A stretch of DNA of 28,522 nt from a virus (taxonomy: Duplodnaviria > Heunggongvirae > Uroviricota > Caudoviricetes): IMG/VR virus record IMGVR_UViG_2529292923_000024, one strand, 5' to 3'. Below are positions 19,055 to 26,832 of the stretch, one piece after another. The notes under the pieces are model-generated. The model was given only the letters and a program-made list of their open reading frames with translations. It did no database searches and had not been told where the DNA came from. Each line of letters begins with the position of its first letter. Within the stretch, counting starts at the first letter, position 1. The position numbers were made by a program, and so were the translations under genes.

Positions 19055-19130
19055 GGCCCTTTAGCTCAGTGGTGAGAGCGAGCGACTCATAATCGCCAGG
19101 TCGCTGGTTCAAATCCAGCAAGGGCCACCA
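19055..19130 (+). tRNA. ileZ: tRNA-Ile2 type (anticodon CAU, ileX/ileZ-like)
   Basis: Cloverleaf assembled by hand: acceptor GGCCCTT/AAGGGCC, anticodon loop CTCATAA, TPsiC GGTTCAAAT, 3' CCA; near-identical to E. coli ileX as recalled. Confidence 0.85.
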
Positions 19131-19137
19131 TCACATA

Positions 19138-19214
19138 CCGCCATTAGCTCATCGGGATAGAGCGTCAGCCTTCGAAGCTGGCTGTGCGGGGTTCAAGTCC
19201 CCGATGGCGGTCCA
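19138..19214 (+). tRNA. argN: tRNA-Arg (anticodon UCG)
   Basis: Acceptor CCGCCAT/ATGGCGG, anticodon loop CTTCGAA, TPsiC GGTTCAAGT, 3' CCA. Confidence 0.8.
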
Positions 19215-19227
19215 TTATCAGCATCAT

Positions 19228-19304
19228 GCGTTGTTAGCTCAGTCGGACAGAGCAATTGCCTTCTAAGCAATCGGTCACTGGTTCGAATCCAGTACAACGC
19301 GCCA
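19228..19304 (+). tRNA. argO: tRNA-Arg (anticodon UCU)
   Basis: Acceptor GCGTTGT/ACAACGC, anticodon stem ATTGC/GCAAT with loop CTTCTAA, TPsiC GGTTCGAAT, 3' CCA. Confidence 0.85.
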
Positions 19305-19394
19305 TATTTATTTACTTGGCTCGCTTTTGCGGGCCTTTTTTTGTATCTGCGTTACACCATTAACTAATAAATCGAGTGCTTATCAGGAGGCTAT

Positions 19395-19619
19395 GTGAAA
19401 AAACTGATGGTGACGATTGGTCCGTTCGAAACAGAAGTTAGTTTTCGTGTTGTTCAGGGGGAGAGTGTACTTGTTGAAGATGTATTTCATGGAAAATCAA
19501 CAGGTCCTTATGTAAAAGAATATCTTATCGACGCCACGGATGAAAATATTGAGGTGGTGTACGATTCCGTCAATCACCCTGATTTGATCATTAAGGCAAA
19601 ATTGAAGCCACTTTATTGA
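19395..19619 (+). CDS. hypothetical small protein (74 aa) in the late cargo slot
   Basis: GTG start 4 nt after AGGAGG; no recognisable family; a terminator-like motif lies upstream (19315-19350). Confidence 0.45.
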   Translation: MKKLMVTIGPFETEVSFRVVQGESVLVEDVFHGKSTGPYVKEYLIDATDENIEVVYDSVNHPDLIIKAKLKPLY

Positions 19620-19671
19620 TCTGACCGGGAGCAATCATAAAATATCTCTGGGTACCCACAAGGAGATAAAT

Positions 19672-19902
19672 ATGTTTGTTTCTGAAGTGTTAATGGAAGA
19701 TAAGGACAACAAAGGATGGGTTAAAGGTTGGGCTGTGGTAAGAAGCTCGCCCTGGCATCTTGTTGGGGTTTTTGCGACAGAGGAAGACGCAGAAACGGAA
19801 GCAAGAAAGATGGGAGATAAGTACGAGGTTCACTATGGCTCGCATCGAACAGGAAGTGATGATTTTGTCTGGGGGAGTAACAGTCGTTTAACCCCAGAAT
19901 AA
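19672..19902 (+). CDS. hypothetical small acidic protein (76 aa) in the late cargo slot
   Basis: ATG preceded by AAGGAGA; followed by a terminator-like motif (19915-19946); no recognisable family. Confidence 0.45.
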   Translation: MFVSEVLMEDKDNKGWVKGWAVVRSSPWHLVGVFATEEDAETEARKMGDKYEVHYGSHRTGSDDFVWGSNSRLTPE

Positions 19903-20069
19903 TCCCGTAACTGAGGTCGCTATTGGCGGCCTTTTTTGTATCCGCGCCACGCCCGGCGCATATCAACCACAGAGCCTTTCGGGGGTGAGCTTACGGAGTG
20001 GTCAGTGTGACTTTCTCTGTGGGCAGATCGCTCCCGGGCGTTGGCTCACCCACCCAAAGGAACGTCACG

Positions 20070-20501
20070 ATGTTTGGTATTTTTGGTAAAAAAGCCCGCC
20101 GAGCGGCAGTGGAAATTAAAAAGTTTGAGAAACGTGATCTGGCACAGGCGGTTATTAATGCTGCCTATCTGGTGGCCTATGCAGATGGTGAATGTGAGGC
20201 TTCAGAGAAAGCGAAGATCGAGCAGATCTTGCGTAACCAGCCTGCGTTGTCCGCGTTTACGTCAGAAATTAATGCGATTAGCGCAACCATTATCGGTCAG
20301 CTGGATACGAACTTTAAAATTGGTCGTCGAGCGGCATTGCGTGAAATTGAAGATGTGAAACACGATACGCGTGAAGCGGAAGATGTGCTGGATGTGGCGG
20401 TGGCCATTGCGGAGGCAGACGGCGAAATTGAGCCGGAAGAGCGCAAGGTGCTGGAAGAGATTGCCGGTGTTCTGGGTCTTCGTCTGGAGAATCACCAGTG
20501 A
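20070..20501 (+). CDS. TerB-like (tellurite-resistance TerB family) protein
   Basis: 143 aa from MFGIFGKK; paired acidic DGE motifs (AYADGECEASEKAKIE and AEADGEIEPEERKVLEEIAGVLGL) typical of the TerB fold. Confidence 0.55.
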   Translation: MFGIFGKKARRAAVEIKKFEKRDLAQAVINAAYLVAYADGECEASEKAKIEQILRNQPALSAFTSEINAISATIIGQLDTNFKIGRRAALREIEDVKHDTREAEDVLDVAVAIAEADGEIEPEERKVLEEIAGVLGLRLENHQ

Positions 20502-20665
20502 CGGTAAAACTGCGCCTGGCTGTGGCTGCACTCCTGCTGTTTCTGGTGGTGATGGTGGATTTCACCAGCAGAATCATGTCGGTGCTGGCGGATGGGGTGC
20601 TGGTCTGCGGCATTGTGGTATTGCTGTGGCCGGTGATAAAAAGAAACAGCCTGCATAATGCTTGA
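20498..20665 (+). CDS. small membrane protein (55 aa, two predicted TM segments), translationally coupled to the TerB-like gene
   Basis: GTG overlaps the TerB stop (GTGA); translation VTVKLRLAVAALLLFLVVMVDFTSRIMSVLADGVLVCGIVVLLWPVIKRNSLHNA; absent from the ORF track (under 60 aa). Confidence 0.4.
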   Translation: MTVKLRLAVAALLLFLVVMVDFTSRIMSVLADGVLVCGIVVLLWPVIKRNSLHNA

Positions 20666-20979
20666 TTTTTTTATTTGCTGTTTATTAAAAATACTACTGC
20701 ATGGTGAATCCCCCTGTGCGGAGGGGCGATCAGCAACCAGGTATATGGGATAATCGCGGATTCAGGTGCTGATACTGAATTCACCGGGAGGCACCCGGCA
20801 CCATGCTTTGCCGCAAAAGTGTTGTTTCTGTTTTTCTCAAACTATCATCGTTATCCCTTTATTTCCGGCTGCGCATGGCGTGGCCTTTTTTTTACGACCA
20901 GCCACTGGCAGATGGCCATCCTGTAATTTGATTCCGGTTCCGGCTTTTTAACTCTGTTCCTGTACACGGGAGAAATTCG

Positions 20980-22833
20980 ATGTCGATTAAACATTATGAT
21001 GTTGTCAGGGCGGCGTCGCCGTCAGACCTTGCGGAAAAGCTGACACACAAACTGAAAGAGGGCTGGCAGCCGTTTGGTAGTCCGGTGGCCATAACCCCTT
21101 ATACCCTGATGCAGGCGATTACAGCAGAAGGTGATGTGGTGGTCAGTGGTGCAACTGAGCCGGATTGGTACTACGTCATCGTACTGGCCGGGCAGTCCAA
21201 TGCCATGGCTTACGGTGAAGGGCTTCCGCTGCCGGATTCATACGATGCTCCGGATCCGCGCATTAAACAGCTGGCGCGCCGCAGTACAGTTACGCCGGGT
21301 GGGGCTGCATGCAGATATAACGATATTATTCCGGCCGACCACTGCCTGCATGATGTGCAGGATATGAGTACGCTGAATCATCCGAAGGCAGACCTGAGCA
21401 AAGGGCAGTACGGCTGTGTCGGCCAGGGCTTACATATTGCCAAAAAACTGCTCCCGTATATCCCGAATAACGCGGGGATCCTGCTGGTACCATGCTGTCG
21501 TGGTGGTTCGGCATTCACCCAGGGCGCGGAGGGGACATTCAGTGCGGACACGGGGGCCAGCCAGGATTCGGCACGCTGGGGTGTGGGTAAACCGTTATAT
21601 CAGGACCTGATTGCGCGCACTAAAGCTGCATTACAGAAGAACCCGAAAAATGTGTTGCTGGCGGTGTGCTGGATGCAGGGAGAGTTTGACATGAGCGCCG
21701 CCACCCACGCACAGCAACCTGCGCTGTTTACAGCCATGCTGACACAGTTTCGTGCTGACCTCTCCGTGTTTAACGCGCAGTGCCATGGTGGCAGTGCTGC
21801 AGATGTGCCGTGGATTTGTGGTGACACGACGTATTACTGGAAAAATACATACGCTACCCAGTACGACACCGTGTACGGCGGGTATAAAAACAGGGAGAGT
21901 GAGGGCGTTTATTTTGTGCCCTTCATGACAGACGGTAACGGCGTCAATACCGCCACTAACGCACCGGCAGAAGATCCGGATATTCCGGCATCAGGATATT
22001 ACGGTGCGGCATCGAGAACGAATGGAAACCAGGTATCATCAAACCGCCCGACACATTTCAGTTCATGGGCGCGCAGGAGCATTATTCCGGATCGTATGGC
22101 AACCGCTATTCTGAACGCAGCCGGGCGCACCTCAGCTTTCATCAGTGGTAAGGCACCGGAAATCAAACCCTCGCCCGGCGGCAACACGCCATCGGGGCCG
22201 TCTGAAGATGCATCCGTACGCACAATCTCCCTGTTGCCGACAGCCGGAGAGGCTGCTGCGCAGGGCTGGACCATTAAGGACGGCGGAATTCAGTTGTCGG
22301 GTGGTGTATTTAAGATCGCCAAGCAGAGCAATAAAACCTGGTCCCTGATGCATCCGGTGGATGACGCAGTCTCCCTGCTGACACGGGGTGGCAGACTGAG
22401 CTGTAAGTTTCGACTGTCAGGCGCACTGACCAACAACCAGTTCGGCCTGGGAATTTATCTGTATACCGATGTAGCGTTACCTGACGTCGTGGCGATGACC
22501 GGGACTGGTAACCCGTTCCTGATGTCGTTCTTCACCCAGACCACAGACGGCAAACTGAATCTGATGCATCACAAGAAAGCAGGAAACACAAAGTTGGGCG
22601 AGTTCGGGAATTACAGTAATGACTGGCAGACGCTGGAACTGGTGTTCACCGCCGGCAGTGCCACGGTTACTCCGAAACTGAATGGAGTGGCTGGCCCGGC
22701 ATTCCAGGTCATAAAAGACAGTCTGACACTGGGGCTGAATGCGCTGACGCTGACGGATATTACCAAAAATGCAGCGTATGGCGTTGAGATAGAAAGTCTG
22801 GTGCTGGAGATAAATGCACCGGCATCATCATAA
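20980..22833 (+). CDS. nanS: prophage sialate O-acetylesterase NanS-p (DUF1737 plus SASA/SGNH esterase domain plus C-terminal domain)
   Basis: 617 aa; N-terminal DUF1737-like MSIKHYDVVRAASPSDLAEKLTHKLKEGWQPFGSP; esterase GQSN motif (VIVLAGQSNAMAYGE). Confidence 0.75.
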   Translation: MSIKHYDVVRAASPSDLAEKLTHKLKEGWQPFGSPVAITPYTLMQAITAEGDVVVSGATEPDWYYVIVLAGQSNAMAYGEGLPLPDSYDAPDPRIKQLARRSTVTPGGAACRYNDIIPADHCLHDVQDMSTLNHPKADLSKGQYGCVGQGLHIAKKLLPYIPNNAGILLVPCCRGGSAFTQGAEGTFSADTGASQDSARWGVGKPLYQDLIARTKAALQKNPKNVLLAVCWMQGEFDMSAATHAQQPALFTAMLTQFRADLSVFNAQCHGGSAADVPWICGDTTYYWKNTYATQYDTVYGGYKNRESEGVYFVPFMTDGNGVNTATNAPAEDPDIPASGYYGAASRTNGNQVSSNRPTHFSSWARRSIIPDRMATAILNAAGRTSAFISGKAPEIKPSPGGNTPSGPSEDASVRTISLLPTAGEAAAQGWTIKDGGIQLSGGVFKIAKQSNKTWSLMHPVDDAVSLLTRGGRLSCKFRLSGALTNNQFGLGIYLYTDVALPDVVAMTGTGNPFLMSFFTQTTDGKLNLMHHKKAGNTKLGEFGNYSNDWQTLELVFTAGSATVTPKLNGVAGPAFQVIKDSLTLGLNALTLTDITKNAAYGVEIESLVLEINAPASS

Positions 22834-22916
22834 AAAGTGAGCCAGCCAAATGGAAGGTATCGTTAAACTCACCGGTAGTGTCAGTGGGTCGTCTGAGATG
22901 CCTGCATGAGTTATCA

Positions 22917-22949
22917 GAGCCATCAGTACTTAACTGGTGGCTTTTTTTA
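22917..22949 (+). terminator. rho-independent terminator upstream of the lysis cassette
   Basis: GCCATCAGT-ACTTA-ACTGGTGGC hairpin (one mismatch) followed by T7. Confidence 0.6.
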
Positions 22950-22983
22950 TTGCTGTCAGCTTCCGGATAACGGGAGACGGGGT

Positions 22984-23199
22984 ATGTACCAGATGGAAAA
23001 AATCACAACAGGTGTGTCATACACCACGTCAGCGGTGGGAACGGGCTACTGGTTCCTGCAGTTGCTGGACAGGGTTTCCCCGTCTCAGTGGGCGGCAATA
23101 GGCGTGCTGGGGAGTCTGCTGTTTGGGCTGCTGACATATCTGACTAACCTGTATTTCAAAATCAGAGAGGACCGTCGTAAGGCGGCGCGGGGGGAGTAA
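22984..23199 (+). CDS. S: phage-21-type pinholin (class II holin) with dual start motif
   Basis: 71 aa: [71 protein letters not shown]; closely resembles S21 as recalled; Met1 and Met4 give the two starts. Confidence 0.85.
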   Translation: MYQMEKITTGVSYTTSAVGTGYWFLQLLDRVSPSQWAAIGVLGSLLFGLLTYLTNLYFKIREDRRKAARGE

Positions 23200-23203
23200 A
23201 GCG

Positions 23204-23548
23204 ATGAAGAAAAAATACGAACTGGGTGTTAAAGGGATAAATAATTACCCGGATAAGATTACTGTTACTGTGGCACTGGAAATTGGTGGGTATCCGTCAC
23301 TGTTGTTGCCAGATGTGGCGATTAGTCTTGACCGTACTGAAGGTGCCACGCTGGAGTTTTACGAAGCTGAGGCGAAAAAGCAGGCGAAGCAGTTTTTCAT
23401 GGATGTTGCTGCCGGGTTATGTGAAGGGGATGGTCCGTTGCCGGAAAAGCGGCCCATCATTTTAGAGGCGCAGGATGTGTTGATAACCTACAGAGGAAAA
23501 CTACCGGGAATAATTACTGGTTCTCTGAAGACTCCACCGCTGGCCTGA
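23204..23548 (+). CDS. hypothetical protein between holin and endolysin (same position as ydfR in Qin)
   Basis: 114 aa; ATG 4 nt after the holin stop with a GGGGAG RBS; no signal peptide or TM segment evident. Confidence 0.5.
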   Translation: MKKKYELGVKGINNYPDKITVTVALEIGGYPSLLLPDVAISLDRTEGATLEFYEAEAKKQAKQFFMDVAAGLCEGDGPLPEKRPIILEAQDVLITYRGKLPGIITGSLKTPPLA

Positions 23549-23598
23549 AGACTTAATATATCCAGGGATTTGAAATCGATAAACCCTGATAAATATCC

Positions 23599-24132
23599 AT
23601 GAACGCAAAAATCAGATACGGCCTGTCGGCTGCCGTTCTGGCGCTGATTGGTGCAGGGGCGTCTGCGCCTGAAATCCTCGACCAGTTTCTTGACGAAAAA
23701 GAAGGTAACCACACCACGGCATACCGTGATGGTGCGGGTATCTGGACCATCTGCCGCGGTGCCATCCTGGTGGATGGTAAACCTGTCGTCCCGGGCATGA
23801 AGTTGTCGAAGGAAAAATGCGACCAGGTTAACGCCATTGAACGTGATAAGGCGCTGGCATGGGTGGAGAAAAACATCAGAGTGCCACTGACCGAACCCCA
23901 GAAAGCGGGGATTGCGTCATTCTGTCCGTACAACATTGGTCCTGGTAAGTGTTTCCCGTCGACGTTTTACAGACGAATTAATGCAGGTGATCGCAGGGGA
24001 GCGTGTGAGGCGATTCGCTGGTGGATTAAGGACGGTGGCAGAGACTGCCGTATTCGTTCAAACAACTGTTACGGTCAGGTATCCCGTCGTGACCAGGAGA
24101 GCGCGCTGGCGTGCTGGGGTATCGACAGATAA
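23599..24132 (+). CDS. R: SAR endolysin (T4-lysozyme-like, GH24)
   Basis: 177 aa; N-terminal weakly hydrophobic SAR segment (YGLSAAVLALIGAGASA); catalytic E ... D ... T spacing (EGNHTTAYRDGAGIWTICRG). Confidence 0.8.
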   Translation: MNAKIRYGLSAAVLALIGAGASAPEILDQFLDEKEGNHTTAYRDGAGIWTICRGAILVDGKPVVPGMKLSKEKCDQVNAIERDKALAWVEKNIRVPLTEPQKAGIASFCPYNIGPGKCFPSTFYRRINAGDRRGACEAIRWWIKDGGRDCRIRSNNCYGQVSRRDQESALACWGIDR

Positions 24133-24221
24133 GCAGAATATTTTGCTGAAAAATAAGGCATGGCCACGCGGGCGGATAACACGAAATCCTGCGAACTGGC
24201 GAAACGTAAGTGAATAAAAGT

Positions 24222-24260
24222 AAAAACCCCGTTTGTTGGCACCAAGCGGGGTTTTGTGTT
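24222..24260 (+). terminator. terminator-like hairpin after the endolysin gene
   Basis: CCCCG ... CGGGG stem with a long loop, followed by TTTTGTGTTT. Confidence 0.45.
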
Positions 24261-24288
24261 TCTGACCTTGAGTAAGGCAAGGGAGAAC

Positions 24289-24471
24289 ATGGCGAAGTAT
24301 AAACGAATTCTGTTGAGGTTGACTATGAAAAATGGCCTTGAACTGAAAGCGCCTGTAACTGATGACATCAGCAGAGCACTGGCTTTTGCCATTAAGTGGG
24401 TGGCGGTCGGTGTTGCTGTGTCCCCGATGCTGTATGGGCTGGCAAAACTGGTCATTGCGTTGAAATCGTGA
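24289..24471 (+). CDS. hypothetical small protein (60 aa) with C-terminal hydrophobic segment
   Basis: ATG after a GGGAGAAC RBS; [60 protein letters not shown]. Confidence 0.4.
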   Translation: MAKYKRILLRLTMKNGLELKAPVTDDISRALAFAIKWVAVGVAVSPMLYGLAKLVIALKS

Positions 24472-24485
24472 AGGGAGGATTAAGC

Positions 24486-24617
24486 ATGTCAGACAAACTC
24501 ATAACGCTGGCGAAGATCCTCTGTGTAATTGTCGGCATTTCATTTTCACTAATGCTGGTTGCTCTTTTTCTTTCCATGGCCTGGATGATGTTGTCTTCGT
24601 CGGGGTTGCTGGGGTGA
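24486..24617 (+). CDS. hypothetical small membrane protein (43 aa, single TM)
   Basis: ATG after a strong AAGGGAGGA RBS; [43 protein letters not shown]; its 3' end overlaps the start region of Rz. Confidence 0.45.
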   Translation: MSDKLITLAKILCVIVGISFSLMLVALFLSMAWMMLSSSGLLG

Positions 24618-24628
24618 ACATAAACCGA

Positions 24629-25087
24629 ATGCTTTCCGCGTTTATCGTTATTCTGCTGGTGGCCTGTGGTGCGCTGTGGATGGCAACAGACCATTACCGT
24701 GATAACGCGATTACCTACAAAGCGCAGCGCGATAACAAAGCCAGTGAACTGAAGCTGGCGAACGCAACCATTACTGATATGCAGGTGCGCCAGCGCGATG
24801 TTGCTGCGCTCGATGCAAAATACTCGAGGGAATTATCCGATGCGAGAGCTGAAAATGAAACTCTGCGCGCTGATGTTGCCGCTGGTCGTAAGCGCCTGCG
24901 GATCAACGCCACCTGTCCAGGCTCCGTGCGTGAAGCCCCCACCACCTCCGGCGTGGATAATGCAACCGGCCCCCAACTGGCAGACACCGTTACACGGGAT
25001 TATTTCACCCTCAGAGAGCGGCTGATGACGATGCACAAGCAACTGGAAGGGGCACAGGACTATATCCGCACTCAGTGCCTGAAATAA
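24629..25087 (+). CDS. Rz: Rz i-spanin
   Basis: N-terminal TM segment then [44 protein letters not shown], closely lambda-Rz-like; an alternative GTG start lies at 24614. Confidence 0.85.
   Translation: MLSAFIVILLVACGALWMATDHYRDNAITYKAQRDNKASELKLANATITDMQVRQRDVAALDAKYSRELSDARAENETLRADVAAGRKRLRINATCPGSVREAPTTSGVDNATGPQLADTVTRDYFTLRERLMTMHKQLEGAQDYIRTQCLK
24840..25025 (+). CDS. Rz1: Rz1 o-spanin lipoprotein, embedded in the +1 frame of Rz
   Basis: Lipobox LVVSAC and proline-rich [30 protein letters not shown]; the start could instead be the Met at 24855. Confidence 0.8.
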   Translation: MRELKMKLCALMLPLVVSACGSTPPVQAPCVKPPPPPAWIMQPAPNWQTPLHGIISPSESG

Positions 25088-25437
25088 GTTTTGTTGATGC
25101 GCCGTATCGTCGCTGTATTCCCTCATTAACAGAGACCGCAGCCCGACAGGGAGACTCCTCTGCGCGAGTGTGCGGGGATAATCAAAAACGATACACACCG
25201 GGGTTTACCGCGTTAACGGAGCGAGGCGTTGTCCCCTCATAGTCGCCTGTCCGGTGCGATGGTGGAAGAAGCCGGATGTTTATCACTATTAATTGATGAC
25301 ACAGAAATGGATTCATTGAATTTCAGCACGTTTTTGTATTCGTGTTATTGAACATCTGTTTATTTTACTTTTAACATATTGATAATAAAAAGAGCTGTAA
25401 ATCTTTAGATGAGTCGATTTTGTCCGGGGAAGTTCAA

Positions 25438-25578
25438 ATGGATTTTATGCTGACGGTTTCTGGTGTGGTTATCCTGTCCATTGCTTATACTGCAGATAAA
25501 TATGGCTGCCATTTGTTATCACGTATTGGCGCTTATTGTTCGTTGATGCTGATTTTCTCGTCGCTTTTTTTTGAGTAA
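25438..25578 (+). CDS. possible small hydrophobic peptide (46 aa)
   Basis: ATG with GGGGAAG upstream; MDFMLTVSGVVILSIAYTADKYGCHLLSRIGAYCSLMLIFSSLFFE; lies in an AT-rich region; coding status uncertain. Confidence 0.25.
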   Translation: MDFMLTVSGVVILSIAYTADKYGCHLLSRIGAYCSLMLIFSSLFFE

Positions 25579-25710
25579 GTTATATTAATTATAACAAATA
25601 ATTTTCTGTGTTATTTTTTCAGGCTATCCCGTCAGAGGGGAAGCCTGTACTGCCGGGGAGCGAATGGAAAACTGATGTGTCCGGTAACTGCGTGTTCTGT
25701 GAACACCATG

Positions 25711-25896
25711 TTACTTAATTATGTAATTCATACCCGAACTCTCTGTTGACAGCCTTCTTCTGCAGGCTTCAATAACCCACGCTGAAAAGTTTCCTGAACC
25801 TTTCAGATCAAGAGCGATGTTAATTTGTTCAATCATCTGGTTTGGAAATCGGATGTTGCGGGTTGTTGTTCTGCGGGTTCTGTTCTTTGATGACAT
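25711..25896 (-). CDS. putative ribbon-helix-helix (Arc/Mnt-like) DNA-binding protein
   Basis: 61 aa; basic N-terminus, then IRFPNQMIEQINIALDLKGSGNFSAWVIEACRRRL matching the beta-strand/helix/G-x-S/N pattern of Arc (FNLRWPREVLDLVRKVAEENGRSVNSEIYQRV); GGGGA RBS. Confidence 0.45.
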   Translation of the reverse strand: MSSKNRTRRTTTRNIRFPNQMIEQINIALDLKGSGNFSAWVIEACRRRLSTESSGMNYIIK

Positions 25897-26102
25897 AATG
25901 TTTCCCCATATTCAGTGTTGCTGATTTGTATTATCTGAAGTTGCTTTTACGTTAATTTGACGCAGATCAATTAATACGATACCTGCGTCATAATTGATTA
26001 TTTCTCGTGGTTTGATGGCGTACACACATGTTGTGATAAACCTTATATAGATGATAATCATTATCATTTCGTGGGTCCTTTCCGGCGATCCGACCGGTTA
26101 CG

Positions 26103-26114
26103 GGGCGGCGACCT
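26103..26114 (+). other. cosN cohesive-end site (lambda-type 12-nt GGGCGGCGACCT); cosB lies between it and Nu1
   Basis: TTACGGGGCGGCGACCTCGCGGGTTTTCGCTATTTATGAAAATTTT matches the lambda cos core as recalled; located about 170 bp upstream of Nu1 as in lambda. Confidence 0.75.
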
Positions 26115-26283
26115 CGCGGGTTTTCGCTATTTATGAAAATTTTTAGGGAAAAATCAGATCCGTTCTTCTTCTTTTTAACTGTTTGATTATCAATAGAATT
26201 TTAAAAATATAAAAGGATCTGACAAAGGCTGTTTTTGTTAGAAAACGCCATTTTCAGATCCTTTCTGGTTCCCGGGGGAGTGT

Positions 26284-26832
26284 ATGAACGTCAATAAGAA
26301 AAAACTGGCCGATATTTTTGGCGTTGATGTCAGGACCATCACCGCCTGGCAGAGTCAGGGGTTACCACTAGTTTCTGGTGGAGGGAAAGGGACTGAATCA
26401 GTTTTTGATACAACTGCTGCCATTCAGTGGTATGCGCAGAGGGAAGCTGATATTGAAAACGAAAAACTCCGTAAAGAGAGCGAGGATTTGAGGGCTGCCA
26501 GCGAATCAGACCTTCAGCCCGGCACCATTGATTACGAACGTTACCGACTGACGAAGGCACAGGCCGATGCACAGGAGCTGAAAAATGCTCGTGAGGAAGG
26601 CCTTGTCCTCGAGACGGAGTTATTTACCTACATCTTTCAGCGAGTGGCACAGAATATATCAGGGATCCTTGTCCGTGTCCCTCAGACACTGCAGCGTAAA
26701 TACCCTGATATATCACCCGCACATCTTGATGCTGTGAAAACTGAAATCGCGAAAGCATCCGATGTGGCTTCTGAAGCCGGTGAGAATGTGCGCAGGTGGA
26801 TTGATGATTTCAGACGAACTGAGGGCGGCTAA
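26284..26832 (+). CDS. nu1: terminase small subunit (lambda Nu1-like)
   Basis: 182 aa; N-terminus [36 protein letters not shown] closely parallels lambda Nu1. Confidence 0.9.
   Translation: MNVNKKKLADIFGVDVRTITAWQSQGLPLVSGGGKGTESVFDTTAAIQWYAQREADIENEKLRKESEDLRAASESDLQPGTIDYERYRLTKAQADAQELKNAREEGLVLETELFTYIFQRVAQNISGILVRVPQTLQRKYPDISPAHLDAVKTEIAKASDVASEAGENVRRWIDDFRRTEGG

Noticed and set aside
19310-20070. Search for Shiga toxin genes (stxA/stxB) at the canonical position after the tRNA genes
   Set aside because: The ORFs present (74 aa and 76 aa) show no resemblance to the StxA or StxB sequences I recall; this is not a Stx-converting prophage.
20371-20658. 95-aa ORF from the track overlapping the TerB-like 3' end
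   Set aside because: Trp/Arg-rich translation in the wrong frame; the same DNA is better explained by the GTG-initiated hydrophobic ORF at 20498-20665, coupled to the TerB stop.
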